Positions 17,553-27,783 of a DNA stretch of 64,000 nt are shown one piece after another. The stretch's first letter is position 1. Each line of letters starts with the position of its first letter. Made by a program: the position numbers and the translations under genes. The stretch comes from a virus, in the IMG/VR virus record IMGVR_UViG_3300022745_000018, positions 107,910 through 171,909 of that record; one strand, 5' to 3'. The notes under the pieces are model-generated. The model was given only the letters and a program-made list of their open reading frames with translations. It was not told the DNA's origin and searched no databases.

Positions 17553-19007
17553 TTATGCCGTCTTTGACCAATAGTCCTGCATCTGGACTTTGGAGAATGA
17601 AGATTCGTTGTTTCTGACCATCAGAATACCATCTGGTTGACTTGATGATCCGTTAGATCCAACGATAGTTGGTGGACTAGACACGATGATCGGTTGTTGA
17701 TTCTGAGTGGCTGGTCTCATGACAACTGAATCTCTTTGTTGGTTCAGGTTATCAATAGACTGGACAAAGTTTCCTTTTGATGGAGTGATTGCTTTTTGTC
17801 CAGCATCTTCATTAAGCAGATCGTAGATAGCTCCACCAAATGTATTCTGTCTGCCAGACACCACTGACGACAGTGCATCCAACCCTGGTGCTACAACACT
17901 AGATCCTAGACCAAAGCCAGCCATTCCAGCGGCACCTAAACCGATTGCTGGGATCTGAGCTATTGATGATAGAGTGCTCATTATTCCACCCACCATCGTT
18001 GACCCCTCTGCTGCAGCAATACCGGTTTCAGCCGTCCCTTTCGGTAGCAACTTCTCTAGAGTTTTTGCGACGGTAGAGTCGACGACATCTGAACCAAACG
18101 TTCTTGCGGGTTTGATCATGCTATCGTTGACCATATCAATTGATCTGTCCACGATGGCTTTACCGGCGGAATAGGTTTTCGTCCCTTTCGCCTTCGTCTT
18201 TATTAACGAAACGATTTTATCAACGAATGTTGGTTTGTCGTCTTTCTTTGGTTGCTTCTCAACCACATCCGTGACGTCATTTTTATTTGTTCGAGACGCC
18301 AGCGTCTTTAAGACTTCGTCTTGTTTTCCAAACAAACCAGATTCAATTTTCTCTCTTTGATGTTCATAACGCAATTCTGGGTTGCGCTCTTCGATGGTAT
18401 CATCCATCTCAATCATCAACTGATCTAACTGTTGCAGTTGACCTGACATCGTCTTCAGAGTTAGCGATGCTTCTTTAGTGTTCGTCGCGATACTAGTCAG
18501 TTGCTTCAGTTCGGCTTGACCGGTTGCACTTTGTGTCTGTTGAATTTGTTTTACGGATAGACCATCGCGCTTTAGGAAAGCATCGTACTTTTCATAGACT
18601 TCCTTGTGCTGCTCTCGATGTGCCGCAAAGTCTTTTGCATTCATCTTCCTACCAGAACTGAGGATCTTAACGATCTCGGATTTTCGTTCGTTTGCTTTTT
18701 CTGGTGTAGACGATTTTGTCTCGGTATCTGCAAACCGAGACTCTTTTGCTAAAGCTCTGTAGTTTTCTAGAATCTGAGCGGCAAGATCTCCCAAGACTGG
18801 TGATCTATCTGCTATGGAGTTCACTAGTCTGTCACCAAGCGGCGACATCATTAGAGATTTGAATGCACTCTCTAATGTAGGTTTCTTGATGATATCTTCA
18901 ATCGTGCCCTTTGTACCAGCCAGTTTTTCGCTGAACAGTTCTTTATGGGAATTGAAGATGTTTTTAGCGGTTAGACTAAGTGCTTCCCTAATCAGTGCTG
19001 CACTCAT
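17553..19007 (-). CDS. Probable tape-measure / baseplate hub protein (gp29-like)
   Basis: Helical composition with a Gly/Ala-rich hydrophobic segment; C-terminal ...PIIVSSPP...VRNNESS typical of T4-like gp29 tails. Confidence 0.5.
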   Translation of the reverse strand: MSAALIREALSLTAKNIFNSHKELFSEKLAGTKGTIEDIIKKPTLESAFKSLMMSPLGDRLVNSIADRSPVLGDLAAQILENYRALAKESRFADTETKSSTPEKANERKSEIVKILSSGRKMNAKDFAAHREQHKEVYEKYDAFLKRDGLSVKQIQQTQSATGQAELKQLTSIATNTKEASLTLKTMSGQLQQLDQLMIEMDDTIEERNPELRYEHQREKIESGLFGKQDEVLKTLASRTNKNDVTDVVEKQPKKDDKPTFVDKIVSLIKTKAKGTKTYSAGKAIVDRSIDMVNDSMIKPARTFGSDVVDSTVAKTLEKLLPKGTAETGIAAAEGSTMVGGIMSTLSSIAQIPAIGLGAAGMAGFGLGSSVVAPGLDALSSVVSGRQNTFGGAIYDLLNEDAGQKAITPSKGNFVQSIDNLNQQRDSVVMRPATQNQQPIIVSSPPTIVGSNGSSSQPDGILMVRNNESSFSKVQMQDYWSKTA

Positions 19008-19019
19008 TTGAATCCAATC

Positions 19020-19346
19020 TTAAATTGGGTACAACATGTACGAAGCTAATACATCAACTGAGGCTGCTACGGATGATTTTACTTTAAGTGAATCGCCAGA
19101 CTCCAAAACCAATTTCTGATCTGCCCCCGATGGTACAACAGATCTACCAGGAAGTAGATCTGTACCTTTTAGCAAATAGTAATCGGTACCGGCTCTAGTG
19201 ATGTAAACGTCAACTAAGATGATGCCGTTTGTTATGTTGGATACAGTCAGTCCGATGATGGTTGTTGAATTACCAGCAGTGCCATCCAAGACACTTACTC
19301 CAGATGTCCCGATAGAACCTGTTGGTTTTAGTTTGAATGCTGTCAT
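19020..19346 (-). CDS. Small virion-associated beta protein
   Basis: TIIGLTVSN...KLVLESGDSLKV..S...VDV pattern, in the structural cluster. Confidence 0.6.
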   Translation of the reverse strand: MTAFKLKPTGSIGTSGVSVLDGTAGNSTTIIGLTVSNITNGIILVDVYITRAGTDYYLLKGTDLLPGRSVVPSGADQKLVLESGDSLKVKSSVAASVDVLASYMLYPI

Positions 19347-19355
19347 TTATTTTCC

Positions 19356-19568
19356 TTAACTAAGAGCTACCGCTAAAGCCAAGGCATTGTCAGCCAATGT
19401 CGTTGCAGTCGTCGAGAACGTTGTCATAGTTACTCGAGTTTGGATATCGTCGTTGATGCTCTTCAGATTGGCATCAAATTCGGCATTCGTCAACGGCAAA
19501 CCCTTCACCGCATCTGGTGCAGGTGGAGTCGTCCCGGAATTCGTTTCTCTGTATAGAATGTTAGCCAT
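19356..19568 (-). CDS. Short fibre-like structural protein
   Basis: R....KGLPLTNAEFDANL N-terminal motif common in fibre proteins. Confidence 0.55.
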   Translation of the reverse strand: MANILYRETNSGTTPPAPDAVKGLPLTNAEFDANLKSINDDIQTRVTMTTFSTTATTLADNALALAVALS

Positions 19569-19569
19569 C

Positions 19570-19794
19570 TTAGACCTTATTGATCAATGCTTGCAACATT
19601 GATTCTATTTTTGTTAATCTATCATCCAATTTATTCACTTTGGAATGCAGTTCTTGTTGTTGGATTGCTTTAGCCATTTTGATGTCATGGGTGTATCTAG
19701 CATGATCGTCGTCTACCACCACCAACCCGGTATCTGTTCTGAAATGACCTGGGATTGGTACTCCATCTAAGCCAACAACTTTTACTGTTTTCAT
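19570..19794 (-). CDS. Small coiled-coil protein following the VrlC-like gene
   Basis: C-terminal heptads KVNKLDDRLTKIESMLQALINK. Confidence 0.6.
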   Translation of the reverse strand: MKTVKVVGLDGVPIPGHFRTDTGLVVVDDDHARYTHDIKMAKAIQQQELHSKVNKLDDRLTKIESMLQALINKV

Positions 19795-21995
19795 TAGCTT
19801 AACATGATTGCTCTGTAATCAGATATGATTGGTGGATCATATTGAGTATCTGACGTGAGAACGAACTTGATAGTGAATGTATCGAATTCAGAAATATCAT
19901 CCAAGTAGAATTCGTACTCTTTAAATTCACCCTTCTTGGTTGATCTATTTCGTGTCACATCACAGTTCATCTTCTGCCAAGCAAATGTATTGTGAATCGT
20001 TCCAGTACTTGAATTGGATGTTCTCAAGTAGATATCGAATCCAGAAGAACTGTTGCTATATGCAGTCGCGATGATCCGTGCACCTTTTGATGTCTGACTT
20101 AGTGTTTCTTGCTTAGTGACGTATCTGGATTCGGCTTTCTTGACTGTCGCTGATGTATCTGATGTCAATTCAGTAGAACCTACATCGGTGCTATTGTTGA
20201 TGTAATTTGCAATGAATAGACCGCGTGAATGGTTGAAGTCAATCACAGGACTGACATTTGGATTATGCTGCGCTGCTGTATCGGCGAACGTAACTTCAAG
20301 TGCAGTTGCTGCGGAACCAGCCAATAGAGTCGTTTCGTTTGCACGTGATACTAACATCAGATCGTCGTCAATCTGATTGTCCTTCTTCAAGTCTACGCTG
20401 TATGTTTTACCTGGGCTATAGTCTGTCTTGGTTGTTGACAGATATGCGTTCACGTTCGTTCCTGGTGGTGTTAACACAGAAACAGATGGGTTGAACCTAT
20501 GATAGAGTCTATTCGTTGAGATGGTGAATTTCTCGTCAGTCAGCACGTAGAATGTAGCAGATCCTGATACGGTAACCGCGGGTGCGCTTGTATAACCGGA
20601 ACCATGATTTGTGACGATGACATCAACAATCTTTCCACCGGATACAACTGCAGTCACTGTTGCTTGGACACCACTGCTGGGTGGTGAAACGATTAGCGTT
20701 GGTGCCACTGCATATCCGCTACCACCGTCTTTTACTTGGATGTCTACGACGCGGCCACCAGTCACGATAGACCCTGTAGATGTCGCTGAAGCGCCGATGA
20801 CGTTGAGATCCACAGTATAATCGTCTATGACTGAGTTGACCGTTAGAACGACATTGTGAATAAGTGAACCGGTGATACCGTTATATGTAGCGCTGGGATC
20901 ACATGCAATTTGTACTCTTGAGTTGCCGTCCAAAGAATGTTTGAAAGGTAACTTGGCGCGGATGACACTTGATCCAGTCGTTGTGCTAATTGTGTTGCAG
21001 TTGATAGCAACGGGAGATGCAGCCATAGCGATATTTAGCACTGGTGCAGTTTGTGGATCAACGAAGACTGCTTTGTTTAGTGTGAACTTGATATCTTCAT
21101 TTTGCTCAGCAGTCCAAGTCATGTTGTTTTCTGACTTAAACAATGAACCGGAATATGGTTGATCGAAAACGACCTTACCAGTTTCTTTAGCGACTTCGCC
21201 CATTCGTGAAGTCCATAGACTGTACTTGTCTGAGTTTGATCTGACGACGAAGCAGTAGTCACTATCTTGTTTCAGATAGATTGGGCTGCTGAATTGGAAT
21301 TTTGTTGCTACCGCTCCCGTCGAAGATGTATTTACATTCGCTGCTGGTAAACTAAGCACTGCATTCGGTGCAACGAATTTCTTCGACGGATACCCATTCT
21401 CCATTTCGCGGACTTCCACCCACACTGGCATATTAGTTGCGGTGTCTTTGGTCGCGAAATACAGATCAAGTGAAGTAATGAAACAGCCACCCTGAACGCC
21501 GTAAGTGAAGAACGACTGAGCTAAAGGATCTCCACCGCCATCCGGTGCAACGAACACTGGATAAGGTACTTCAATCCGCACATTCTGTTCGATGGTCGTG
21601 GACGATACGTTAGAGACTGTTGTCTGATACCGCTCAGTGATTCCAGTTGCAGAGAAATTCGCCACGGCATACACATCAGTATTACCTAATGTATCGATGA
21701 CTACATATTCGCTGCTTTGCTGAAGAACGAATTTCTTAGTACCAACGGTAAATGTTTTACCAGGGATCGTAAATGTACCATTCACCGTCCCTGAAGAATT
21801 GGTGATGAGTGCCCCACCCAAGACTCCACCTGATGGAGTCACGAATCTATCGACATTCACGCCATCAAAGAAAGCATGAAGTGTTGTGTTCGGTTTTAGG
21901 TTTGTTGCTCTGAATGAAATCGTCAGCGGGCGCATGAAAGTCGCCGCTGACTTGTCAATCAGTTGTGTAGTTCTATCTATTCTTTGTGTAGCCAT
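19794..21995 (-). CDS. VrlC/DUF4815-like virion protein, C-terminal part
   Basis: LKPNT.LHAFFDG, DPLAQSF, GCFITSLDLYF, QPYSGSLFKSEN..TW...Q.EDIKF. Confidence 0.8.
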   Translation of the reverse strand: MATQRIDRTTQLIDKSAATFMRPLTISFRATNLKPNTTLHAFFDGVNVDRFVTPSGGVLGGALITNSSGTVNGTFTIPGKTFTVGTKKFVLQQSSEYVVIDTLGNTDVYAVANFSATGITERYQTTVSNVSSTTIEQNVRIEVPYPVFVAPDGGGDPLAQSFFTYGVQGGCFITSLDLYFATKDTATNMPVWVEVREMENGYPSKKFVAPNAVLSLPAANVNTSSTGAVATKFQFSSPIYLKQDSDYCFVVRSNSDKYSLWTSRMGEVAKETGKVVFDQPYSGSLFKSENNMTWTAEQNEDIKFTLNKAVFVDPQTAPVLNIAMAASPVAINCNTISTTTGSSVIRAKLPFKHSLDGNSRVQIACDPSATYNGITGSLIHNVVLTVNSVIDDYTVDLNVIGASATSTGSIVTGGRVVDIQVKDGGSGYAVAPTLIVSPPSSGVQATVTAVVSGGKIVDVIVTNHGSGYTSAPAVTVSGSATFYVLTDEKFTISTNRLYHRFNPSVSVLTPPGTNVNAYLSTTKTDYSPGKTYSVDLKKDNQIDDDLMLVSRANETTLLAGSAATALEVTFADTAAQHNPNVSPVIDFNHSRGLFIANYINNSTDVGSTELTSDTSATVKKAESRYVTKQETLSQTSKGARIIATAYSNSSSGFDIYLRTSNSSTGTIHNTFAWQKMNCDVTRNRSTKKGEFKEYEFYLDDISEFDTFTIKFVLTSDTQYDPPIISDYRAIMLS

Positions 21996-22016
21996 GTTTT
22001 GATTTATTGACTCGTA

Positions 22017-25000
22017 TTAGGTTGGGGAAACCCAGACACCGGTCTGGTTTACACTAAGAACAGTCTGTTGAACGGACGTAATGTTCGTCACCGATGGTGA
22101 AATTGCTGGGGCAGATGTAAACCATTCCCACCAATTCGACGTGTTGTATGGAACAGGTACTCTCTGTTGGTGGATAACAGTTACTGTCTCGGAAACATTT
22201 CTAGCGATTTCCGGTAGCATCTCCGCATCAACGAAGTTGTCGACCGCAGGTGTCATTGTCATTTCACCACGCCATGAGAAGACCAAGAATGGGTTCAAAT
22301 TGGTCGTTCTTGTTGATAGCGGTTGGTTGATTAGAGGAGTTTCTGTGTAATCCAACATCACTTTACCGTCGATGATTTTGTAACCACTGCTCGGTGTCAA
22401 TAGAGCCAATTCAGTGTCATGCGGATCCACTGCGGAAGACATGTTCCGTTCGGTAAAACTGACGGTATTCTGTGCATTGTAGTAGTCACAGATTGTTGTA
22501 GGATTCTCAAAGTTATCAACCAGATATCCAGTTTTGAATCTATTCAGACCGGTTGCTGCGTCAATGACTTCGTATTGGAGAAGACTGTTCTCAACTGCAT
22601 TGAGTGTCGAAAAGTATTCCACATTGGAGATTCTATCAGCCAACTTATGGATATCTGCCATCGTATATCGCTGATTCTTCTCAGCAATTTGGATCACAGT
22701 GTCTAAATTGGACGTGTATGGTGGCAGAGTCACATGATGCAATGGCAGCACGTCATCGGGGACAGAGACCTTGACTGGATTCAATGAAGGGATGCCTTTA
22801 GCAACAAGTACTTCACCAGACTTGTTCAAGTAGACGGTATCAACCCTACCCATGTAGTATTTGATGGACGAGGTTATGATGTTATCAATGACAGCCGATC
22901 CAGAATACAATCCAGCGGTAGTAGTGAAACCACCCACGGTTTTCTTCGGTCTGAAATCAAGAACTTGAGATAACTTAATGGCTTGGTTGGAGTTGCTTGG
23001 TGTGTATGAAGGAATCTGCTGCAGATACGAAGCACCCAGCGTCGTGTAACTATCTACAGAGAAATAGTCAGAAGAACCTGAATGGTCGAAGTAAGAGAAC
23101 TGCACCGAAATTGATGTCGTTCCGACTGGTAGAGCAGCGGATCTTGAAATTGACCCGATGTCATAATAGAAGTCTCGCTGTCCATTGTCCAATGTGTATA
23201 GTGAAGTTACATCTGCACCAGCATTGGTTGTGACTGAGATCAACTTGTAGATATCTGCTTGTGCTAAACTGACGGTCGTTCCTACTCCAAGACCAGAAGT
23301 TGTTGTGGTCACTAGAGTTTTCGTTTTCGCGGGCTGGGTGCTTCGCTTAACTTGAGCCAATACAGTTACCGTCGTGGACACGATGGGTGAACCAGAGATG
23401 CTTAGAACGTTATTAGACGGTCTTGTCAAGTACTGCAAGAAGTTGTGGCCAGCAGAATCCAATGCAACAACGGTTCCGGCTTCTGGAACCACGAATTCTC
23501 CGATTGATGTAGTTACTGAACCGGCTCCAGCACCATCTAACGTAATTGTGTAGACATCCCAGATTGTGTATTCGATATCCGCAGTCCCACCGGCATTCTT
23601 CACAGAAGCAACGACTTCAGCTGGAATTTGGAACAGAGGGATGCCAGAAGATGTTTTGCCGTTTGTAGTCCCAGACACAATCGCTGTACCAGATGCCGCA
23701 GTGACGATATCACCAGTCTTCGGTACATACTTAGCCGCATTGCTTCTGTAAATGAACAGATCACCGGTTGCGATGTAGTGTTTCCAAACCGTCGCCTCTC
23801 GATTGCCTGTACCGGACAGCACATCACCAGATGTTAGAGTATTTGAAGCATTGTACGTACTCAGTCTCGTTAGCACTTTCGATGAGAAAGATGTACCAGT
23901 GACCGTCTTCGCCATCGAAATTGATTGTCCAACAGTGAGGTTCAGATCATGATAATACAACTTATAGATTGTAGTGTTGTCTGTTGTATCACCGGAATGG
24001 TAATCCAGCGCAATTGCGTTGCATGTACCGATGGTTACGTTTGACGGGTCTTTTAGTTGAACTTGTTCATGTAATTTGAACGAAGGTAATCCATGAACAT
24101 CAGTGATGTAAATGTAGTTGGCATAATCGGTATAGTGTGACATCGATGTCACCGCGATATGCTCAGGAGTTCTTGCTTTGTCTACGTCGATTCGTTTATC
24201 AGAGATCGTCTCTACTTCAAATCCTTGAATGTATGCTTTACCGGGAGAAACTGTATAAGTGATCTTATCTTCGTCACCGTTGGTATATAGACCGTTATTC
24301 CAAGCAGTCTTGAGATTTTCGTTTAGTGAAAGAGCAAGACCATCGACTCTGTAGTTACCAGATTCGTCATGCGTTCTTCTTGCTAGCGACTTCTCCAATT
24401 CAGAGTACTTAGAATATCTCGAATATTCCAATAGAGTACCGGAATCAAACTTCATTAGATCGATGTAGTCTTCGCTGACTGCATCGCTAGCAGATCTTTT
24501 AACCAAAGTCAGAGTGATCTTTACACGATCTGCACCCGGGGCTCCGTAGTTGTATGAGCCTTGTGCCGGATCCAATAGAGTATCGTCTTCGTTATAATCA
24601 ATGACAGTCTCATCAATCTTCAGAGAGACAATACATGTAGGTGTGCTAGTGTATTTTGAAGCAACGACTGATTGCTTCGCGACTTCGACGAATGTCCCAC
24701 TGACATAGTAGACACCCACATTAACGTATGCAAGTGAACCGAACCCAGAATGAGAAGACGAAATTGTGGTGGCTCTTAATGAACTATTGTCAAGAGCATA
24801 GAATTCGGTGTTGGCATCGATGATGTCTGAACCACCAGCCGAGCCAGAAATGTACGTTAAGTACAATGTGATTGGGTCGGAATCCTCAGCATTGGCTGTC
24901 TTCTTCACAACGGCTTTGACTGAACCGGCAACGATCGTTTTACCTTCAAATGCCGCGGCTGAAACTGGCAAACCATCAAATGTAGCATTAACTTTGATGT

Positions 25001-25217
25001 ATGGAACTTTCAGTTCGTAGTAACTATTTCCTGGGATTACAACTGAACCATGTTTGAAGATATGATTACCAAACTTCGCAATCTGATCTCGCAGAATCGT
25101 CTGGAGTTGAGTCAACTCTCGTGACTGAACGGCCAACCCTGGATTGAACAGAATTTGATGATAGTTCTTAGACGAATCGAAATCATCATTCCAAGGTGTT
25201 TTGTTGTAATTTTTCAT
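22017..25217 (-). CDS. VrlC/DUF4815-like virion protein, N-terminal part
   Basis: PWNDDFD..KNYHQILFNPG..VQSRELTQLQTIL, APGADR, LARRTHDESG, DFRP, FKTGYLVDNF. Confidence 0.85.
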   Translation of the reverse strand: MKNYNKTPWNDDFDSSKNYHQILFNPGLAVQSRELTQLQTILRDQIAKFGNHIFKHGSVVIPGNSYYELKVPYIKVNATFDGLPVSAAAFEGKTIVAGSVKAVVKKTANAEDSDPITLYLTYISGSAGGSDIIDANTEFYALDNSSLRATTISSSHSGFGSLAYVNVGVYYVSGTFVEVAKQSVVASKYTSTPTCIVSLKIDETVIDYNEDDTLLDPAQGSYNYGAPGADRVKITLTLVKRSASDAVSEDYIDLMKFDSGTLLEYSRYSKYSELEKSLARRTHDESGNYRVDGLALSLNENLKTAWNNGLYTNGDEDKITYTVSPGKAYIQGFEVETISDKRIDVDKARTPEHIAVTSMSHYTDYANYIYITDVHGLPSFKLHEQVQLKDPSNVTIGTCNAIALDYHSGDTTDNTTIYKLYYHDLNLTVGQSISMAKTVTGTSFSSKVLTRLSTYNASNTLTSGDVLSGTGNREATVWKHYIATGDLFIYRSNAAKYVPKTGDIVTAASGTAIVSGTTNGKTSSGIPLFQIPAEVVASVKNAGGTADIEYTIWDVYTITLDGAGAGSVTTSIGEFVVPEAGTVVALDSAGHNFLQYLTRPSNNVLSISGSPIVSTTVTVLAQVKRSTQPAKTKTLVTTTTSGLGVGTTVSLAQADIYKLISVTTNAGADVTSLYTLDNGQRDFYYDIGSISRSAALPVGTTSISVQFSYFDHSGSSDYFSVDSYTTLGASYLQQIPSYTPSNSNQAIKLSQVLDFRPKKTVGGFTTTAGLYSGSAVIDNIITSSIKYYMGRVDTVYLNKSGEVLVAKGIPSLNPVKVSVPDDVLPLHHVTLPPYTSNLDTVIQIAEKNQRYTMADIHKLADRISNVEYFSTLNAVENSLLQYEVIDAATGLNRFKTGYLVDNFENPTTICDYYNAQNTVSFTERNMSSAVDPHDTELALLTPSSGYKIIDGKVMLDYTETPLINQPLSTRTTNLNPFLVFSWRGEMTMTPAVDNFVDAEMLPEIARNVSETVTVIHQQRVPVPYNTSNWWEWFTSAPAISPSVTNITSVQQTVLSVNQTGVWVSPT

Positions 25218-25222
25218 GTTCT

Positions 25223-27327
25223 TCAGAATTTGATGTAGGTCTTGATGACGATTGCTTGTTCGTCAGTGAAAACGAAAGGATCTTCGTTCGAGACATATAG
25301 GAGTTTCCCAGAGTATTTATCAACGGTTGGCTGAGAAATGATCTGATGTACAGTGTAAGTTCTTGATGGCGATGCAATTGCTTGCAGTGTACCTGTTGGT
25401 GGTGTAGGGTTAATGGAAAGACTTTGTAGTTTCACATTAAGACCGCTAACATCCACAACTCTGAATCTGATGTTCTCCACGGATAGAATTTCGTCCTCAA
25501 TCAACCCAGTCGTATCATAGAAAGTCACGTTATGGGTAATTAGTTGCGAATTTTCTTTGAAGACATCCTTCGTGATGATGTGTCGTGGATTGTTTAGCAA
25601 CCCGAACTGTCTATAATCTTGTCCTAAGCCATTGATCGTATAATCAGATTTCAAGTAACTATTGATGGACAGCGTGTCGGCATACAATTCAGATACTGCA
25701 TCTGCACCGTGACCACCAACTGGAGGCATAATCGGCGTCGCTTGAAAATCGATTGCCCCCGCGGTGATTCTACCGGGACATGATACCGAAACAGTCGCAT
25801 GAGTGTATCCCTGGCCAGGTGTTAGCACATTCAGTTTGATGATCTTACCAGATACAACAATTGGTTCAACCGTGCAACCAGAACCATCGCCAGTGACGGT
25901 GACCACCGTGTTCGTTGGAGCCATTAAAGTGTTGGACAAGTAGTTTGTACCAGCTTCTTGATATTCCATGCATGGATCTCACCAGGAACGGCTACCTGTT
26001 CGACTGTAGACTGATTTGATTTGAAATCGTTTTCAGAAAAGTTGACTGAAACTGTTGCATTTGAACCAGACCCAACGACGATAGCATTTGCTGTCGTGTA
26101 TCCTTCACCACTAGATTCAACATAGACGTCAATGATTCTTCCACCGTAAACAACTGGACGAAGAATCGCACCTGTGCCATCACCAGTGACGGTGATTGTT
26201 GTTGTTCCTGAGTACGGATAGTTGATGCCAGGATCGATGATCGCCGCAGTAACCAATTGCCCGTTATGAAACAAACCGCTAAAGACCGCGGTTGCATTTC
26301 CATATTTTCCTGTTCCTGGTGTTTGCCCCACACCAACACCGACCATCAATGTGCATGCACCAGTGTAACCAACGCCAGCATTCGCGATCGTCAACTTCTC
26401 AATAGAACCTGTTGTGGAATTGACAGATGGAATCACGACAGCTCCACCGACGCTGAATGATAGTGTATCACCAATGCTATAACCTACACCACCCGCAACG
26501 ATCGTTAGACCAGTTACTACACCAGCAGTCCTTGTTGCCGTAATTGATGCTCCGACTCCAGTACCAGAAACTACACCAACGTTTACACCCAGTGTGTAAC
26601 CGGTTCCACCTGAACCAATCGTTAGACCAGTGATAGCTCCGTTGATGTTGACTGCTGAAACCGTTGCTGTTGCACCGGATCCTGTTGTTGTCCCAATCAC
26701 ATTGACGATGGTGGCTGAATCGCTAGAGTAACCTGTACCATTAGAGATGACTGTTGCACCAGTGATAACACCAGTGCCATAGAAACTATCTGATAGAGAT
26801 TTCTGTACTGGGATGTAGACCGAATTCGCGAATCGTGAATATTTGAACGATGGGATGTCGTACATGAATTTCCACAGATATCCATCAGCCGTTCTAACAG
26901 CACTCAGACTCTTTCCAGCGGGCTTGACTGTGGAGAGTGGTATATTACCGTCGTATGTTTTACCGTTATCCAGACACTTATAGACACTGTATTCGCCGCT
27001 ATTGTTCACGACACAATAGAAGTTAGATGCAGACATCTGAGCCGAGTCATCCCATCTGTCCCACTGCTGCCCAGTAACCCAGTCGTGTCTAGTTGTCACT
27101 AGCGACACATCGTTTTGATTGATCTTCTTGCAATAGACCGCGTTACTACGAATCAGTAAATCTTGGTTTGGAGAGTCTGCTTGAATTGTACCGGGTGCAG
27201 TATCAGCACCACCCCAAGACTCGATCTTACCAATAAAGTAATAGAGGTTGGATCTTCTGAACTGAATGTCGCTTACAACAGTCGATGCCAGGTCTGTATG
27301 AAAATCTTTACGAATTGCTTGTGTCAT
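25223..27327 (-). CDS. 8: Baseplate wedge gp8-like, interrupted by a one-base frameshift near 25970
   Basis: N-terminal ORF has VYKCLDN and DGYLWKFMYDI; C-terminal ORF has PVGGHGADAV.EL, DYRQFGLL.NP and SGKLLYV; the two ORFs overlap in different frames. Confidence 0.8.
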
Positions 27328-27328
27328 T

Positions 27329-27763
27329 TTAGTTTATCTTGATTTTCCATTGGATTGTGACCGTGTCGGCTACCGACTTTTCGAAGGCTGGAAAAATTGT
27401 TCGTGCCAACATGGTACCACCTGTACTGGCATTGAACAGACCGGCTTCAGTTAGATCTCCAGTACCGATGCCTGGTGCAAATGTCGCGGTATAGACGACT
27501 TCGTTGGTATTGTTGTATGTAGTGACGACGGTTGTTCTACCGACTTGAGAAGCCAATGCAGTGTTTGTTGATGACGGAGCGGTTTGGTCGATACCGACAC
27601 CCATATGTGAAATGACGGTGCCATAACCAGCCAATCTAGCCGCAATAAGATTGGTCCCGGTCGTTACAACAAGATTTTTGCCTTCATATTCATGAGTGAT
27701 GACGCCATCACGCAATCTTCTGATTTGTAGTTCACCAGTAACTTTTACACTATCCGTTAACAT
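27329..27763 (-). CDS. Tail/baseplate-associated protein
   Basis: NLVVTTG, TEAGLFNA..GTMLAR motifs of tail-collar-type structural proteins. Confidence 0.7.
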   Translation of the reverse strand: MLTDSVKVTGELQIRRLRDGVITHEYEGKNLVVTTGTNLIAARLAGYGTVISHMGVGIDQTAPSSTNTALASQVGRTTVVTTYNNTNEVVYTATFAPGIGTGDLTEAGLFNASTGGTMLARTIFPAFEKSVADTVTIQWKIKIN

Positions 27764-27783
27764 TCAAGTCTCCTTGATTGAAT

